From an uncultured Blautia sp. (GTDB lineage Bacteria; Bacillota; Clostridia; Lachnospirales; Lachnospiraceae), in assembly GCA_947654165.1 (NCBI GenBank), contig CANTKB010000019.1, forward strand, positions 191 through 64,190: DNA of 64,000 nt, read 5' to 3'. Positions 9,013 through 20,123 of this stretch are shown in pieces. The translations under genes and the position numbers were made by a program. The notes beneath the pieces are model-generated. The model made no database searches. It saw only the letters and a program-made list of their open reading frames with translations, and was not told the origin of the DNA. Each line of letters begins with the position of its first letter. Positions within the stretch are counted from its first letter, which is position 1.

Positions 9013-9846
9013 ATGAAATTTACAAAGATGCAGGGAATCGGAAATGACTATGTGTATGTAAACTGTTTAGAAGAACAGGTGGAGCATCCGTCGGAGGTTG
9101 CGAAAAAGGTGAGTGACCGCCATTTCGGCATTGGTTCTGATGGGCTGATTCTGATCAAATCTTCCGACGTGGCTGATTTTGAGATGGAAATGTATAATGC
9201 CGATGGCAGCCAGGGAGCTATGTGCGGCAACGGAATCCGTTGTGTGGCAAAATATGTGTATGATTATGGACTTACAGATAAGACCAGTATCAGTGTAAAT
9301 ACAAAAAGCGGTATCAAATACCTGGATTTAAATGTACAGGACGGAAAAGTCAAAGAGGTCAAGGTAAATATGGGAGCTCCGGTTCTTGACACATCAAAGA
9401 TTCCTATGATTTACAACAAAGACCAGGTGATTTCCCAGCCCCTAAACATTAATCAGAATGTGTACGAAGTGACAGCGGTTTCTATGGGAAATCCTCATGC
9501 GGTCGTATACATGGATGATGTAAAAGGATTGAAAATCGAAGAGGTTGGGCCTTACTTTGAAAAAAGCAGTGTTTTTCCGGAAAGTGTCAATACAGAATTT
9601 GTACGCATGATCGATCGAAATACAGTGGAAATGCGTGTCTGGGAGAGAGGAAGCGGAGAAACCCTGGCCTGTGGTACAGGAGCCTGTGCTGTGGCTGTAG
9701 CCAGCATTTTAAATGGATATACAGAAGATAGTGTGACTGTGAAACTGTTGGGTGGTGACCTGAAGATTTTCTGGGATCGGGAAGAAAATCTGGTTTATAT
9801 GACAGGATCTGCAGAAGTGGTTTTTGACGGAGAAATTCAAATTTAG
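9013..9846 (+). CDS. dapF: Diaminopimelate epimerase
   Basis: MKFTKMQGIGND, MCGNGIRC, SMGNPH and ERGSGETLACGTG. Confidence 0.95.
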   Translation: MKFTKMQGIGNDYVYVNCLEEQVEHPSEVAKKVSDRHFGIGSDGLILIKSSDVADFEMEMYNADGSQGAMCGNGIRCVAKYVYDYGLTDKTSISVNTKSGIKYLDLNVQDGKVKEVKVNMGAPVLDTSKIPMIYNKDQVISQPLNINQNVYEVTAVSMGNPHAVVYMDDVKGLKIEEVGPYFEKSSVFPESVNTEFVRMIDRNTVEMRVWERGSGETLACGTGACAVAVASILNGYTEDSVTVKLLGGDLKIFWDREENLVYMTGSAEVVFDGEIQI

Positions 9847-10072
9847 ACTTGACAAAAGAAAAATTGTGCACTTTCAATAACATAAATCGACAAACTGGTT
9901 ACCATAAATCGAAAAAGGGAAAATAACCGGGAAAAAAAGAAAAATTTTGTAAAATAGAAGATCGCTCAAACCATGACAGTTGTGGAGAAAACAGGATAAA
10001 CTGGACAGAAAAAGTAAAGTTTTGTGCAACATTCCAACTTTCTTTCTTCTCTGGAAAATGGTATACTGTGGA

Positions 10073-10130
10073 ATACAAAATGTTGTGAGGAACATAAATA
10101 AAAAATATAATGAAATACTAGATATAGTGT
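10073..10130 (+). promoter_or_regulatory. Tandem NrdR boxes
   Basis: ATACAAAATGTTGTGA (10073-10088) and ATACTAGATATAGTGT (10115-10130) match acaCwAtATaTwGtgt, 42 bp apart, upstream of nrdD. Confidence 0.8.
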
Positions 10131-10155
10131 TGTAAAACTTTATGAGGTGAAAGCG

Positions 10156-12291
10156 ATGATGTATGTTGTAAAAAAGGATGGAACAAAGGAAGAGTTTAAT
10201 GTCCAGAAAATTGTGAATGCAGTGAATAAATCTGCTTCCAGAATTTTATATAAATTCCAGGATGATGAAGTGGAATTTATCTGCGGTTATGCCCGTGATA
10301 AGGCAGAATCCCTGGATAAACAGGAGATATCCATACAGGATATGCATAATATCGTGGAAGGGGCGTTAGAGAAGGTGAATCCTTCTGTAGCGAAGAGTTA
10401 CCGGGATTACCGTAACTATAAACACGATTTTATCCATATGATGGATGAGGTATACACCAAGAGTCAGTCCATCCGTTACATCGGAGACAAGAGCAATGCC
10501 AACACGGACAGTGCACTGGTTGCAACAAAGAGAAGTCTGATTTTTAATGAACTGAATAAAGAGCTTTACCGTAAGTTTTTTATGAATCGAAACGAGCTTC
10601 AGGCATGTAAGGATGGTTATATCTATATTCATGATCAGTCTGCCAGACTGGATACCATGAACTGCTGTCTTTTTGATGTGGCAAATGTACTGCACGGCGG
10701 ATTCGAGATGGGAAATGTATGGTATAACGAGCCAAAGACCCTGGATACTGCTTTCGATGTTATGGGAGATATTATCCTGAGTACAGCGGCACAGCAGTAC
10801 GGTGGTTTTACCGTGCCGGAGGTGGATAAAATCCTTGCACCTTATGCAGAAAAAAGCTACAGACGGTATCAGGAAGAATTTCTGAAGTATGTAGATCCTC
10901 AGTGGGAACAGGCTGCAGATAAAGCAAAAGAATACGCAGTGGATAAGGTACGAAGGGATTTTGATCAGGGATGGCAGGGAATAGAATATAAATTAAATAC
11001 CGTCGGTTCTTCCAGAGGAGATTATCCTTTCGTTACAGTGACTCTGGGACTTGGTATGGAGCGTTTCGAGAAGATGTGCAGTATTTCACTTCTTGAGGTA
11101 CATAAAGAAGGACAGGGAAAGGCAGGACATAAGAAACCGGTGCTGTTCCCCAAAATCGTATTTTTGTATGATGAGAATATCCACGGAGAAGGAAAAGAAG
11201 GAGAAGACGTGTTTGAGGCAGGAATTGCCTGTTCTGCAAAGACCATGTATCCGGACTGGCTTTCTATGAGTGGAGAAGGCTATATTTCCAGCATGTATAA
11301 GAAATATAAGAGAGTCATCAGTCCTATGGGATGCAGAGCATTTCTCAGTCCCTGGTATGAAAGAGGAGGAATGCAGCCTGCGGATGATCAGGATGTTCCG
11401 GTGTTTGTGGGAAGGTTTAATATCGGGGCGGTCAGCCTTCATCTTCCTATGATCCTGGCAAAATCAAGGGCTGAAAACAGAGATTTTTATGAGGTGCTGG
11501 ATTTCTATCTGGAGATGATTCGTCATCTGCATATCAGAACCTATGATTATCTGGGAGAAATGCGTGCATCTACCAATCCTCTGGCTTACTGTGAGGGAGG
11601 CTTCTATGGCGGTCATTTGAAGCCGTCAGACAAGATTAAGCCACTGTTAAAGCCAATGACTGCTTCTTTTGGAATAACAGCCTTAAACGAGCTTCAGGAG
11701 CTTTACAACGGCAAATCTATCCGTGAGGACGGAGCATTTGCATTGGAAGTATTAAGATATATTAACGACAAAATTAATCAATACAAAGAAGAAGACGGAA
11801 ATCTCTATGCGATTTACGGTACTCCGGCGGAAAGTCTCTGCGGACTGCAGGTGGAGCAGTTCCGAAAGATGTACGGAATTGTAGAAGGTGTTTCTGACAG
11901 ACCCTATGTGAGCAACAGTTTCCACTGCCATGTGACAGAGGATATCAGTCCTATTGAAAAGCAGGATTGTGAAGGCAGATTCTGGGAGCTTTGCAACGGT
12001 GGAAAGATCCAGTACGTGCGTTATCCTGTTGGATACAATGTGGAAGCTATCCGTGCATTGGTTAGAAGAGCAATGTCACTTGGCTATTATGAGGGTGTGA
12101 ACCTTTCTCTGGCATATTGTGATGACTGTGGACATGAGGAACTGGAGATGGATGTTTGTCCGGTGTGTGGTTCCAAGAATCTTACAAAGATCGACCGTAT
12201 GAATGGATATCTGTCCTATAGCCGCGTTCATGGTGATACCAGATTGAATGCAGCAAAGATGGCAGAAATTGCAGAGAGAAAATCTATGTGA
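10156..12291 (+). CDS. nrdD: Anaerobic (class III) ribonucleoside-triphosphate reductase
   Basis: N-terminal ATP cone, NCCL, SPMGCR, CxxC...CxxC and glycyl-radical RMNGYL. Confidence 0.95.
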   Translation: MMYVVKKDGTKEEFNVQKIVNAVNKSASRILYKFQDDEVEFICGYARDKAESLDKQEISIQDMHNIVEGALEKVNPSVAKSYRDYRNYKHDFIHMMDEVYTKSQSIRYIGDKSNANTDSALVATKRSLIFNELNKELYRKFFMNRNELQACKDGYIYIHDQSARLDTMNCCLFDVANVLHGGFEMGNVWYNEPKTLDTAFDVMGDIILSTAAQQYGGFTVPEVDKILAPYAEKSYRRYQEEFLKYVDPQWEQAADKAKEYAVDKVRRDFDQGWQGIEYKLNTVGSSRGDYPFVTVTLGLGMERFEKMCSISLLEVHKEGQGKAGHKKPVLFPKIVFLYDENIHGEGKEGEDVFEAGIACSAKTMYPDWLSMSGEGYISSMYKKYKRVISPMGCRAFLSPWYERGGMQPADDQDVPVFVGRFNIGAVSLHLPMILAKSRAENRDFYEVLDFYLEMIRHLHIRTYDYLGEMRASTNPLAYCEGGFYGGHLKPSDKIKPLLKPMTASFGITALNELQELYNGKSIREDGAFALEVLRYINDKINQYKEEDGNLYAIYGTPAESLCGLQVEQFRKMYGIVEGVSDRPYVSNSFHCHVTEDISPIEKQDCEGRFWELCNGGKIQYVRYPVGYNVEAIRALVRRAMSLGYYEGVNLSLAYCDDCGHEELEMDVCPVCGSKNLTKIDRMNGYLSYSRVHGDTRLNAAKMAEIAERKSM

Positions 12292-12306
12292 TAAATAAAA
12301 ATTACT

Positions 12307-12348
12307 ATAGCTGCCGGAGAAATCAGACTCCGGTAGCTGTTATTTTTT
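12307..12348 (+). terminator. nrdD terminator
   Basis: ATAGCTGCCGGAG/CTCCGGTAGCTGT stem followed by a T tract. Confidence 0.7.
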
Positions 12349-12477
12349 GACAAAAAAATATAGGTTTTGAAGGAGAATATTGATAGAGTTTCACATTTTC
12401 ATTTCCCATAATTTGTGATAATATTTAGTTCGGTTTTCTAAGGGAAACGATGAAAAAGAAATATGGAGGAATGGAAG

Positions 12478-13767
12478 ATGGAATCTTATAGCTACTTATT
12501 GGACCTTGCATTGATTTTACTCAGCACAAAGGTTTTTGGTCTTTTGACAAGGAGAGTCAGACTGCCTCAGGTTGTGGGTGCACTTCTGGCAGGATTGATT
12601 TTGGGACCGGCCTGTCTGGGAATCCTTCGCCAGACCGACTTTATTTATCAGGTATCTGAAATTGGTGTGATTGTGCTGATGTTCTGTGCAGGTCTGGAAA
12701 CAGATATTGACGAACTGAAGAGAACGGGAAAAGCCTCTTTTGTCATTGCACTTTTCGGTGTCTTAGTACCGCTGGTAGGTGGTTTTGCAATTTCGGCCTA
12801 CTTTAATCGTCCGGGGATGCTGGAGTCCACGGCAAGCACCAGTTTAATGCTTCAAAATATTTTTATCGGTGTTATATTAACTGCCACATCTGTGAGCATT
12901 TCTGTAGAGACCTTAAAGGAAATGGGGAAATTAAACACAAAGGCAGGAAATGCGATTCTGGGTGCAGCGATCATCGATGATATTCTTGGTATCGTGGCCC
13001 TTACCCTGATCACCAGTCTGGCAGATTCTTCTGTGAATGTGTTTCTGGTATTGGGAAAGATCGTTGCGTTTTTTATCTTTGTAGGAGTGGGCGGCTATCT
13101 CATCCATATTCTGTTCCAGAAATGGGTGAAGGGCTATGAGCGTGATCTAAGACGTTTTGTTATTTTAGCCTTTGTTATTTGCCTGGTATTTTCCTATTGT
13201 GCAGAAGAATTTTTCGGGGTAGCAGATATCACAGGTGCATTTTTTGCAGGATTGATCATTACCAAGACCACACATACCAATTACATTGAAAGACGTTTCA
13301 GTACGTTATCCTATTTGCTTTTGTCACCGGTATTTTTTGCAAACATTGGTCTGCAGGTAGTGCTTCCGGAAATGAGCACTATGATTATCGTATTTGCGGT
13401 TGTATTGGTAATTGTGGCTGTATTGACGAAAGTTGTAGGATGCGGACTGGGTGCAAAACTCTGTAAGTATTCGAATCAGGACTGTCTGCGAATCGGAGCG
13501 GGTATGATTTCCAGAGGTGAGGTTGCCCTCATTGTGGCTTCTAAGGGAAATGCAGTGGGATTAATGTCTGCAAATCTGTTAGGACCTGTGGTAATCGTGG
13601 TGGTAATTACAACCATCATTGCACCTGTTCTTCTGAAGCTGACATTCAGCAAAAAGGAAAAAGAGATCCCATACGAGGTAAATGGACTCATGAAGAAAGT
13701 AAATGAGGTAGAAGCTACAGAGAAGCAGGATAAGAGCCGCTTTGTAACAGAAGAAAAGGATAAGTAA
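12478..13767 (+). CDS. Cation:proton antiporter (CPA2, NapA/GerN-like)
   Basis: Polytopic membrane protein with TATSVSI, GAAIIDD and GMISRGEVAL. Confidence 0.88.
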   Translation: MESYSYLLDLALILLSTKVFGLLTRRVRLPQVVGALLAGLILGPACLGILRQTDFIYQVSEIGVIVLMFCAGLETDIDELKRTGKASFVIALFGVLVPLVGGFAISAYFNRPGMLESTASTSLMLQNIFIGVILTATSVSISVETLKEMGKLNTKAGNAILGAAIIDDILGIVALTLITSLADSSVNVFLVLGKIVAFFIFVGVGGYLIHILFQKWVKGYERDLRRFVILAFVICLVFSYCAEEFFGVADITGAFFAGLIITKTTHTNYIERRFSTLSYLLLSPVFFANIGLQVVLPEMSTMIIVFAVVLVIVAVLTKVVGCGLGAKLCKYSNQDCLRIGAGMISRGEVALIVASKGNAVGLMSANLLGPVVIVVVITTIIAPVLLKLTFSKKEKEIPYEVNGLMKKVNEVEATEKQDKSRFVTEEKDK

Positions 13768-13848
13768 ATAACCGTGACCGGCACTTTGAGACTATTCGTA
13801 GATTGAAAAGTGCCGTTTTTTTAAAAAATGTTAGGAGAAGGTCTGAAT

Positions 13849-15621
13849 ATGAAAATATTGCTTGCAGCAGTCAATGCGAAGTATATCCATTCGAATCTGG
13901 CTGTCTATAGTATGAAAGCTTACGCAGAAAAAAAAGGGTGTGCCGGGGCTGAGATCAAACTGGCAGAATATACCATCAATCAGCAGCAGGATGTGATCTT
14001 AAAAAATATCTACAGGGAAAAACCGGAGATTTTATGTTTTTCCTGCTATATCTGGAATATATCTTTTGTAAAGGAATTGATCCGGAATATCAGGAAAATT
14101 TTGCCTCATATTATTATATGGGCAGGAGGACCGGAAGTATCTTATGATGCAGAACAGTTTTTGAAAGAAATGACTCAGGCAGATGGAGTCATGTGTGGAG
14201 AAGGGGAGCAGACGTTTCAGGAATTGCTGGAATGTTATGTAAACTGCAAGAACAGTCAGGAAAAGATAGAAGAGAAACTGAAAGAAATACCAGGGATCGT
14301 CTACAGAGACGGAAGGGAACTGGTAAGGACCGTCCCAAGAGAGATCATGAATATGGATGAACTGGTCTTTCCTTATGAAAATATGTCCCTGTTTTCCCAT
14401 AAAATTATCTATTATGAAAGCAGCCGGGGCTGTCCTTTTTCCTGCAGCTATTGTCTGTCTTCGATTGATAAGAAGCTGCGGTTCAGAAGTCTTTCTCTGG
14501 TGAAACAGGAACTGCAGTTTTTCTTGGATCATCAGGTTCCACAGGTAAAGTTCGTGGACAGAACATTTAACTGCAAAAAAGAACATGCCATGGAGATCTG
14601 GAAGTATGTAAAAGAACATGATAATGGAATTACCAATTTTCATTTTGAGATTGCAGCAGATCTTCTTACAGAGGAAGAAATCGGTCTGATCCGGACCATG
14701 CGGCCGGGATTGATCCAGTTGGAAATCGGGGTACAGTCAACCAATGAAAGAACATTGAAAGAAATCCGCAGAAAAACAAGTTTTGAAGAAATTACCAGGA
14801 AAGTACATGCAGTGGCAGAAGGACATAACGTACATCAGCATCTGGATCTGATCGCAGGACTTCCTTATGAGGATTATGAGAGTTTCGGAAAGTCTTTTTG
14901 CGATGTATACAGTCTGAAGCCACAGCAGCTTCAGTTAGGGTTTTTGAAGGTTTTAAAGGGTGCCTATATGCAGGAAATGGCAGAAGATTACGGCTGTGTG
15001 TATAAAGAGAAAGAGCCTTACGAAGTTCTTGGAACACGCTGGCTCTCCTACGGAGAAATTTCAAGATTAAAGGGCATTGAAGAGATGACAGAGGTTTATT
15101 ATAACAGCGGTCAGTTTTCTCATACCATGAAGGCTTTGGAAGCGGAATTTTCCAATGCTTTTGCCATGTATGAAGCACTGGCAGATTTTTATGAAGCCCA
15201 CGGATATTTTGAGGTGTCTCACGCAAGGATCAGCCGCTATGAAATTTTGAGGGAGTTTCTGAGAGAGAAGGGAATCAAAGATCCGGACTTTTATGATGAA
15301 CTGATGATCTATGATTTATATGCCAGAGAAAATATGAAGACCCGTCCTGCCTGGGCAGGAGATTTGAAGCCATATAAAAAACAGATTCAAAATTTTTATG
15401 CAAGAGAAGCAGAGCATCCGGATCTTCTGAAAAATTATGCCGGTTATCAGGCAAAACAGATGGAAAAAATGACCCATCTGGAAGTATTTACTTACAGGGT
15501 AACAGAAGGGAAGAAAGAGAAGGGATGCTATCCGCTGGTTTTTGATTATAAACAGCGAGACCCACTTACCTATGGTGCGGCAGTGTATCCGGCAGATCTG
15601 GAAGAACAGGAGAAACTATGA
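13849..15621 (+). CDS. B12-binding-domain radical SAM protein (DUF4080-type C-terminus)
   Basis: NAKYIHSNLA, SCYIWN, GGPEVSY and the CxxxCxxC motif CPFSCSYC. Confidence 0.88.
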   Translation: MKILLAAVNAKYIHSNLAVYSMKAYAEKKGCAGAEIKLAEYTINQQQDVILKNIYREKPEILCFSCYIWNISFVKELIRNIRKILPHIIIWAGGPEVSYDAEQFLKEMTQADGVMCGEGEQTFQELLECYVNCKNSQEKIEEKLKEIPGIVYRDGRELVRTVPREIMNMDELVFPYENMSLFSHKIIYYESSRGCPFSCSYCLSSIDKKLRFRSLSLVKQELQFFLDHQVPQVKFVDRTFNCKKEHAMEIWKYVKEHDNGITNFHFEIAADLLTEEEIGLIRTMRPGLIQLEIGVQSTNERTLKEIRRKTSFEEITRKVHAVAEGHNVHQHLDLIAGLPYEDYESFGKSFCDVYSLKPQQLQLGFLKVLKGAYMQEMAEDYGCVYKEKEPYEVLGTRWLSYGEISRLKGIEEMTEVYYNSGQFSHTMKALEAEFSNAFAMYEALADFYEAHGYFEVSHARISRYEILREFLREKGIKDPDFYDELMIYDLYARENMKTRPAWAGDLKPYKKQIQNFYAREAEHPDLLKNYAGYQAKQMEKMTHLEVFTYRVTEGKKEKGCYPLVFDYKQRDPLTYGAAVYPADLEEQEKL

Positions 15622-16328
15622 GAGAGTATGTGACTTTAGATTTGGAGACAACAGGGCTGGAGCCAAAACGTGACAGAATCATAGAGATCGGAGCTGTGAA
15701 AATATCTGACGGGAAGGCAGTGGAAGAGTACACTTCGCTTATTGATCCTCAGATGGAAATTCCGGAGAGAATCACACAGCTTACGGGTATTTCTAATGAA
15801 ATGGTATCAGGAAAACCAAAAGTACAGGAAGTTTTGGAACAGTTTTTGCAGTTTTGCGGCGAGTTGCCTCTTTTGGGACATAATATCATGTTTGATTATG
15901 GGTTTGTAAAGCATCAGGCAGTGAACTGTGGTATGAGTTTTGAAAAGCAGGGTGTAGATACCTTGAAGATTGCCAGAAGTGTTTTGTCTGACCTTCCAAG
16001 CAGAAGCCTGCAGAGTCTCAGAGTATATTATGAAATCCCTCAGGAGGATGCACACAGAGCACTGGAAGACGCCCGCGCTACATACCGTCTGTATGAACGT
16101 TTAAAACAGGAATTTGAAGAAACCAGACCGGAGTTGTTTTGCCCAAAAGATTTGATCTATAAAGTAAAGAAACAGGGACCGATTACGCCGGCTCAAAAAC
16201 GGTACTTGCAGGATTTGGTAAAATATCATAGAATAAATCTGAATGTGAACCCGGAGAGTCTTACGAAAAATGATGCCTCCAGGCTCATTGACCAGATTTT
16301 GAGCACATATGGAAAGATAATGAGGTAG
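15618..16328 (+). CDS. DnaQ-like DEDDh 3'-5' exonuclease
   Basis: DLETTG, HNIMFD and HRALEDA motifs. Confidence 0.9.
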   Translation: MREYVTLDLETTGLEPKRDRIIEIGAVKISDGKAVEEYTSLIDPQMEIPERITQLTGISNEMVSGKPKVQEVLEQFLQFCGELPLLGHNIMFDYGFVKHQAVNCGMSFEKQGVDTLKIARSVLSDLPSRSLQSLRVYYEIPQEDAHRALEDARATYRLYERLKQEFEETRPELFCPKDLIYKVKKQGPITPAQKRYLQDLVKYHRINLNVNPESLTKNDASRLIDQILSTYGKIMR

Positions 16329-16334
16329 AAGATT

Positions 16335-16439
16335 ATGATGAATATGAAGCATAATAAGACAAAACGGATCGCAGCAGGGATTCTTGCCGTGATTATTATT
16401 CTGGCTATGGTAATTCCTATGGCTATGTATGTATTATAA
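16335..16439 (+). CDS. Small single-TM peptide (34 aa)
   Basis: MMNMKHNKTKRIAAGILAVIIILAMVIPMAMYVL fills the gap between two co-oriented genes; GAGGT RBS. Confidence 0.6.
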   Translation: MMNMKHNKTKRIAAGILAVIIILAMVIPMAMYVL

Positions 16440-16457
16440 AAACGGAGGAAATAGCAG

Positions 16458-17444
16458 ATGAAAATAGGAAAATTGCCGGAACCGGTGCTGATTCGTTCTG
16501 TGTTAAAGGAAGTAGGGCACAGAAGACCGGAGGTACTGGTAGGTCCGGCAGTAGGACAGGATTGTGCTGTGCTGGAAGCAAAGGAAGGGGAAGTTCTGGT
16601 GTTTTCTACAGACCCTATTACCGGCACGACCAAGGATATTGGCAGCCACAGTGTGCATATCACGGCCAATGATCTGGCTGCGTCAGGAGCAGAACCTGTT
16701 GGCATCATGATCACGATACTTCTGACGCCGGATACAGACGAGGCAGAACTGAAGGATATGATGCGAGGGGTTGAAAAAACCTGTAAAGAGCTGAATGTAG
16801 AAGTCATGGGCGGACATACGGAAATTACTGATGTGGTGAAACAGCCCCTGATCTCACTTACCGGTGTAGGAAAAATGAAAAAAGAGAACCTTCTTGTGAC
16901 TTCAGCAGTGAAGCCTGGTCAGGACCTTGTAGTAACGAAGTGGATAGGCTTAGAGGGTACTTCCATTGCGGCAAAAGAAAAAGAAGAACTGCTGCTGGAA
17001 AGATTTGCCCCTTCTTTTGTAGAGACAGCGAAAAATTTCGATCAGTATCTTTCCGTACTTCCAGAAGCAAAAATCGCCAGAGAGTGGGGCGTTTCTGCCA
17101 TGCATGATATTACAGAGGGCGGTGTGTTTGGTGCTCTCTGGGAGATGGGAAGCGGTTCAGGGGTAGGTCTTGATATTGATTTAAAGAGTATTCCTATTCG
17201 ACAGGAAACAGTAGAAGTGTGTGAAGCACTGGGATTGAACCCTTATATTCTTATGTCCAGCGGTTCGATGATGATCGCAGCGGATGACGGACATGGACTT
17301 GTGCGGAAACTGGCACAGGCAGGAATCCATGCAGCCGTTGTGGGAAAAGCTACGGATGGAAATGACCGTATTCTCAGAAACGGAGAGGAAACCAGATATC
17401 TGGACAAACCTCAGAGTGATGAATTATATAAAATTTACCAGTAA
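16458..17444 (+). CDS. AIR synthase-related (PurM/HypE-like fold) protein
   Basis: GQDCAV, STDPITG, NDLAASGA, GGHTE and MHDITEGG. Confidence 0.85.
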   Translation: MKIGKLPEPVLIRSVLKEVGHRRPEVLVGPAVGQDCAVLEAKEGEVLVFSTDPITGTTKDIGSHSVHITANDLAASGAEPVGIMITILLTPDTDEAELKDMMRGVEKTCKELNVEVMGGHTEITDVVKQPLISLTGVGKMKKENLLVTSAVKPGQDLVVTKWIGLEGTSIAAKEKEELLLERFAPSFVETAKNFDQYLSVLPEAKIAREWGVSAMHDITEGGVFGALWEMGSGSGVGLDIDLKSIPIRQETVEVCEALGLNPYILMSSGSMMIAADDGHGLVRKLAQAGIHAAVVGKATDGNDRILRNGEETRYLDKPQSDELYKIYQ

Positions 17445-17461
17445 AGCAGAGGAAAATATAC

Positions 17462-17962
17462 ATGGCAAAGTTAAATATTGTATTATTTGAGCCGGAAATC
17501 CCGGCAAATACAGGAAATATCGGAAGAACCTGTGTGGCTACGGGAACCAGGCTGCATCTGATTGAGCCTCTCGGATTTCTTTTAAACGAGAAAGCTATCA
17601 AAAGGGCAGGAATGGATTATTGGAAAGACTTAGATGTGACAACTTATGTAAATTATCAGGACTTTCTGGACAGAAATCCGGGTGCTAAGATTTATATGGC
17701 AAGTACAAAAGCACCGAAAACATACGTAGATGTAGAGTATGAGGAAGATTGTTATATCATGTTCGGAAAAGAAAGTGCCGGAATTCCGGAAGAGATTTTG
17801 CTGGAAAACCAGGAAACAGCGATCCGTATTCCAATGATTGGGGATATCCGTTCCCTGAACCTCAGCAATTCCGTAGCAATCGTGCTTTATGAAGCATTGC
17901 GTCAGAATCATTTTGACCATATGCAGTTAGAGGGGCATTTAACAAAATATGAGTGGAAGTAA
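17462..17962 (+). CDS. trmL: tRNA (cytidine/uridine-34-2'-O)-methyltransferase
   Basis: EPEIPANTGNIGR, FGKESAG and RSLNLSN SPOUT motifs. Confidence 0.92.
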   Translation: MAKLNIVLFEPEIPANTGNIGRTCVATGTRLHLIEPLGFLLNEKAIKRAGMDYWKDLDVTTYVNYQDFLDRNPGAKIYMASTKAPKTYVDVEYEEDCYIMFGKESAGIPEEILLENQETAIRIPMIGDIRSLNLSNSVAIVLYEALRQNHFDHMQLEGHLTKYEWK

Positions 17963-17987
17963 AAAGGCTGCCGTTGCAGCCTTTTTT
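17961..17987. terminator. Bidirectional terminator between convergent genes
   Basis: AAAAAGGCTGC-CGTT-GCAGCCTTTTT. Confidence 0.8.
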
Positions 17988-19400
17988 AGTGCTCTTCTTT
18001 GCTTTTAGAAAGCGTAAAGATAAATTCAGTTCCGACTCCTTCGGTACTGATCACGTTGATGTTTTGTTTGTGTGAGTTAATGATTTCTTTTACAATGGCA
18101 AGTCCAAGGCCAGTGCCTTTTCGGTCTTTTCCTCTGGAAGAGTCAATTTTGTAAAAACGATCCCAAATCTTAGAAAGACTGGATTTCGGAATACCGCAGC
18201 CCATGTCTTTTACAGAAATAAATACAGTCTCATGCTTTAAGGTGGATTCTACTTTGATAACAGAGTCCTCCGGGCTGAATTTAATAGCATTGTCAATGAG
18301 GTTATATAGAACCTGCTGAATCTGTCCCATGTCAGCGTAGACGAATAGAGTTTGTCCGGTGAGGAGCAGTTCTATGGAAATTCGTTTATCACGACAGGTC
18401 CCTTCAAACGTTTCTGCGGTGCTTTTGATAACGGCATTAATATCAAAATTACTGTAATCCATCTGACGGCCTTTTTCGTCAAGGTGGTTCAGAGTCAAAA
18501 GACTCTGAGTGAGTTTGTAGAGGCGGTCAGTTTCATGCACGACAATTTTCAGGTATTTTTCCTGAAGTTCCGATGGGATGGTACCGTCTAAGATGGCCTC
18601 GGTATAACCTTTGATAGAGGTCAGAGGAGAACGAAAATCGTGGGAGACATTGGCAATGAATTTTTTCTGGTAGTTTCCGGTCATGTCCAGTTCGTCTGAC
18701 ATATAGTTCAAAGTCATGGCAAGATAGCCAAGTTCGTCCTCTTTTTCCAGAGGAATATTATATTTCAAATCTCCGGAGGCAAAGGCATCTGCTCCCTGGA
18801 TGATTTTTCTGAGCGGGCGGTAGATCATAAGAGAAAATACCGGGATGATAGCCAGCATAATCAGGAGAAATAAGGAAAAAAGCAGATACATGATATTCAA
18901 AAGGGCGTCTCTGCGTTCCAATAATACCGTCATGGGAAGATGAATGGCAACATAGCCCTGTACCCGCATATTCAGGGTGACAGGTACCATAACACTGAGC
19001 TGTTCTTCTGAGAATTGCTCATAAAAAACTCCTGTTTGATAGTAGGAACCGCTGTTTTGGCCTGGATTAAAGTCTTCAATGACAGGAAAATTGTCATTTA
19101 CAAATGGAACAGAAGTATTCAGAAGAAGTTCTCCTTTAGAACTAATGAGCCAGATAGAAGTACTTTGATAAGAGGCCAGATTAGAAAGATTTTTATAGAT
19201 TTCCTGACGGCTGTCGGAAGCCCGGTAGGAGCAAATCAGCGGATCTTGTGCTATTTTAGCGGCCTCCCGGTAAAGCTCTTCACTGTAAATAGATTCCACA
19301 TGATTCTGGATGAACTTGCCGCCTGCAAGGGAGATGGCGGAGAATCCCGCCAGCCCAAGAAGAATAATTGCCAGTATAAATTTAAAGTATAAATATTTTT

Positions 19401-19404
<4 letters not shown>
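17986..19404 (-). CDS. HAMP-domain sensor histidine kinase
   Basis: Two TM segments, HAMP, H-box SHDFRSPLT, NLIDNAIKF, DMGCG and GTGLGL. Confidence 0.92.
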
Positions 19405-20105
<701 letters not shown>

Positions 20106-20123
20106 TACTTGCAGTACCTCCCT

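Noticed and set aside
9881..9912. CATAAATCGA direct repeat 22 bp apart
   Set aside because: Only two copies in AT-rich DNA with no assignable regulator.
16458..17444. HypE hydrogenase maturation assignment
   Set aside because: No hyp or hydrogenase genes nearby, and the C-terminal PRIC motif of HypE is absent.
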